A stretch of DNA of 64,000 bases from Cyclobacteriaceae bacterium. Lineage in GTDB: Bacteria > Bacteroidota > Bacteroidia > Cytophagales > Cyclobacteriaceae. A program made the translations under genes and the position numbers. The stretch lies in assembly GCA_019638255.1 (NCBI GenBank), contig JAHBUD010000002.1, forward strand, positions 164,092 through 228,091, written 5' to 3'. Positions 62,628 through 64,000 of the stretch are shown here, piece after piece. Under the pieces are notes generated by a model that saw only the letters and a list, made by a program, of their open reading frames with translations, was not told the DNA's origin and searched no databases. Numbering within the stretch: the stretch's first letter is position 1; each line of letters begins with the position of its first letter.

Positions 62628-64000
62628 GCAGAAGCCGTAGCTTTTGAGCGATGGGGAAGAAAAATCTCAACTGAAGTACCAAGTTGAAATGTGCTGGACA
62701 ATTTCACTTTACCCATTAACTTATCCACAACCTTCTTTACTATGTATAGCCCAAGTCCGTTGCCCTTAGAACGCTCGTTGGCACGGAAATACATATCAAA
62801 CACCTTGTCGATGTATTGCTCCTCTATTCCCCATCCCTGGTCTTCAACAATCAATGTCAGGCCTTTCCCATCGGCTGATGCTGAAAGATTGACAACAGAA
62901 CCGGGGTAGGAAAACATGATCGAATTCTCCAGTAAATTCTCTACAATTACCCTGATAAGGGCAGGGTAAGAGTAAAATGAATAGGCACTTGCAACATTTG
63001 TCGTAACCCGGATTTCATGGTTTTTTATTTCACTGGATAAATTTTCCTGTGCTGTTACAAAAACTTCATCCATGTAAATTTCCTTATAAATCAACTCTGC
63101 CGACCCGACATCGCTTACAGATTGAAGCTTAATGAGCATTTTGTCGAGGCTACGGGCAGTCTGGTTTACTTTTTCAAAAAGGCTCACAGCATTTTCATCT
63201 TTGATTGTAACCTTGGCAACTTCTGCAAGCCCCATAAACGTAGTAAGCGGGCGCCTGAAATCATGCGATGACCTGTAAAAGAAAGTGTCCAACTCTTTAT
63301 AGGCCTGCTTCAACTCGCGTGTGCGCAACTCAACCGTTGATTCAAGTTCTTCATTGATACGAAGTATTGTATGATTCGAAAGCTGAAGCTCTTCCGATTG
63401 CGCTTGTATCTCTTCGTTTTGTTCCTGAATATGGAAGTTTAATGACCTTACCTTCTTATAATTCCTGTAAACAATAAAACCGGCCACAAGTGTAAAAAGA
63501 AGTATAGCGAGGCCAAAAGCAATGGCAATCCGCTGTTGCCGCAAACGACTTTCGCTAATCAAAAGGGCAGCATCGCGCAGTTCTTTATCCTTGTTAAGCA
63601 ATTCAATTTGTTGATTTTTCTGTAGCAGTGTGTATTCACTCTGCAAGCTTGCTATGCGGTTTGCAAGCGAGGAACTATAAAGCGAGTCGCTTAACTGAAT
63701 ATATAGTTTATAGTATCCGGCACTCTTTTCAGAATTTCCCATCAAACTGGCAAGTGTTGCCTTTTCCCGATAAATATCACGCAGGGATTGAGTAAAGTTG
63801 GACTTTTGGGCGAGCGCTTCAGCAACTTTCAGGTGTTCACTGGCTCTTGCATAGTCCTTAAGTTTGATGTACACCTGCCCTAGCGAAAGATTGCACCAAA
63901 CAATTCCGATATCATTCTTCGCTTCAGTTTCAAGTGCCAGGCTTTGTAATTGATAGGCGATCGATTCGCTGAATTTACCCTGAAGGCTCATTAAGTGTCC
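62624..64000 (-). CDS. TPR-containing sensor histidine kinase; the N-terminus probably lies beyond the window
   Basis: TPR-like repeats are followed by one TM segment, a coiled coil, the H-box SHDFRRPL, and N/G boxes (GNGLGLYIV). The reading frame remains open to position 64000. Confidence 0.85.
   Translation of the reverse strand, partial: GHLMSLQGKFSESIAYQLQSLALETEAKNDIGIVWCNLSLGQVYIKLKDYARASEHLKVAEALAQKSNFTQSLRDIYREKATLASLMGNSEKSAGYYKLYIQLSDSLYSSSLANRIASLQSEYTLLQKNQQIELLNKDKELRDAALLISESRLRQQRIAIAFGLAILLFTLVAGFIVYRNYKKVRSLNFHIQEQNEEIQAQSEELQLSNHTILRINEELESTVELRTRELKQAYKELDTFFYRSSHDFRRPLTTFMGLAEVAKVTIKDENAVSLFEKVNQTARSLDKMLIKLQSVSDVGSAELIYKEIYMDEVFVTAQENLSSEIKNHEIRVTTNVASAYSFYSYPALIRVIVENLLENSIMFSYPGSVVNLSASADGKGLTLIVEDQGWGIEEQYIDKVFDMYFRANERSKGNGLGLYIVKKVVDKLMGKVKLSSTFQLGTSVEIFLPHRSKATASA

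Noticed and set aside
1-64000. Search for rRNA, tRNA, CRISPR arrays, IS elements, integrases or phage genes
   Set aside because: I saw no tRNA-like T-arm (GGTTCGAATCC-type) sequence, no regularly spaced direct repeats and no transposase or integrase-like ORF. The window appears to lack these feature classes, though a tRNAscan or Rfam run would be definitive.

Overview
This window looks like ordinary chromosome from a Bacteroidota-type genome. Supporting signs are a Sec/lipoprotein-type clade II NosZ, an S46 peptidase, many lipobox lipoproteins and weak Shine-Dalgarno signals. It is densely coding, with about 55 real genes. I recognised no rRNA, tRNA, CRISPR array, transposase or integrase.

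Main blocks:
- (1) 9.4-20.8 kb: an uninterrupted minus-strand string of pyruvate:ferredoxin/flavodoxin oxidoreductase (PFOR), a dihydroorotate-dehydrogenase-like flavoprotein, flavodoxin, an unknown protein with kinase-like motifs, RseC and RnfBCDGEA. It lies divergent from a Crp/Fnr-family regulator. The PFOR has no 2x[4Fe-4S] ferredoxin domain.
- (2) 25.0-34.1 kb: a clade II nitrous-oxide reductase cluster (cytochrome c, fasciclin lipoprotein, nosZ, nosB-like, nosL, nosD, nosF, nosY). It is followed by a CopD-like membrane protein and by a translationally coupled pair of a BNR propeller and a group III truncated haemoglobin.
- (3) 34.3-37.8 kb: usp-ccoI-ccoS (a Cu P-type ATPase and cbb3 maturation factor).
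- (4) Housekeeping and accessory genes: monomeric B12-dependent class II ribonucleotide reductase, S9 and S46 peptidases, MenA, DoxX, two glutathione peroxidases, ArgS, an arginine/polyamine cluster, an RND efflux triad, an EF-G paralog with degenerate GTPase motifs, a Upf1/IGHMBP2-like helicase and a TPR histidine kinase.
- (5) A small AT-rich accessory patch at 21.7-24.4 kb holding an antitoxin/PIN toxin pair. Two genes there appear frameshifted.

The most interesting non-coding signal is a 5-4-5 palindrome, CTGAT-N4-ATCAG. It occurs perfectly three times, each time in an intergenic region, and has FNR-like degenerate relatives upstream of the nos and usp-ccoIS units. This suggests a local Crp/Fnr-type low-oxygen regulon. 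All functional calls come from reading the translations and motifs by eye. No database search was possible.
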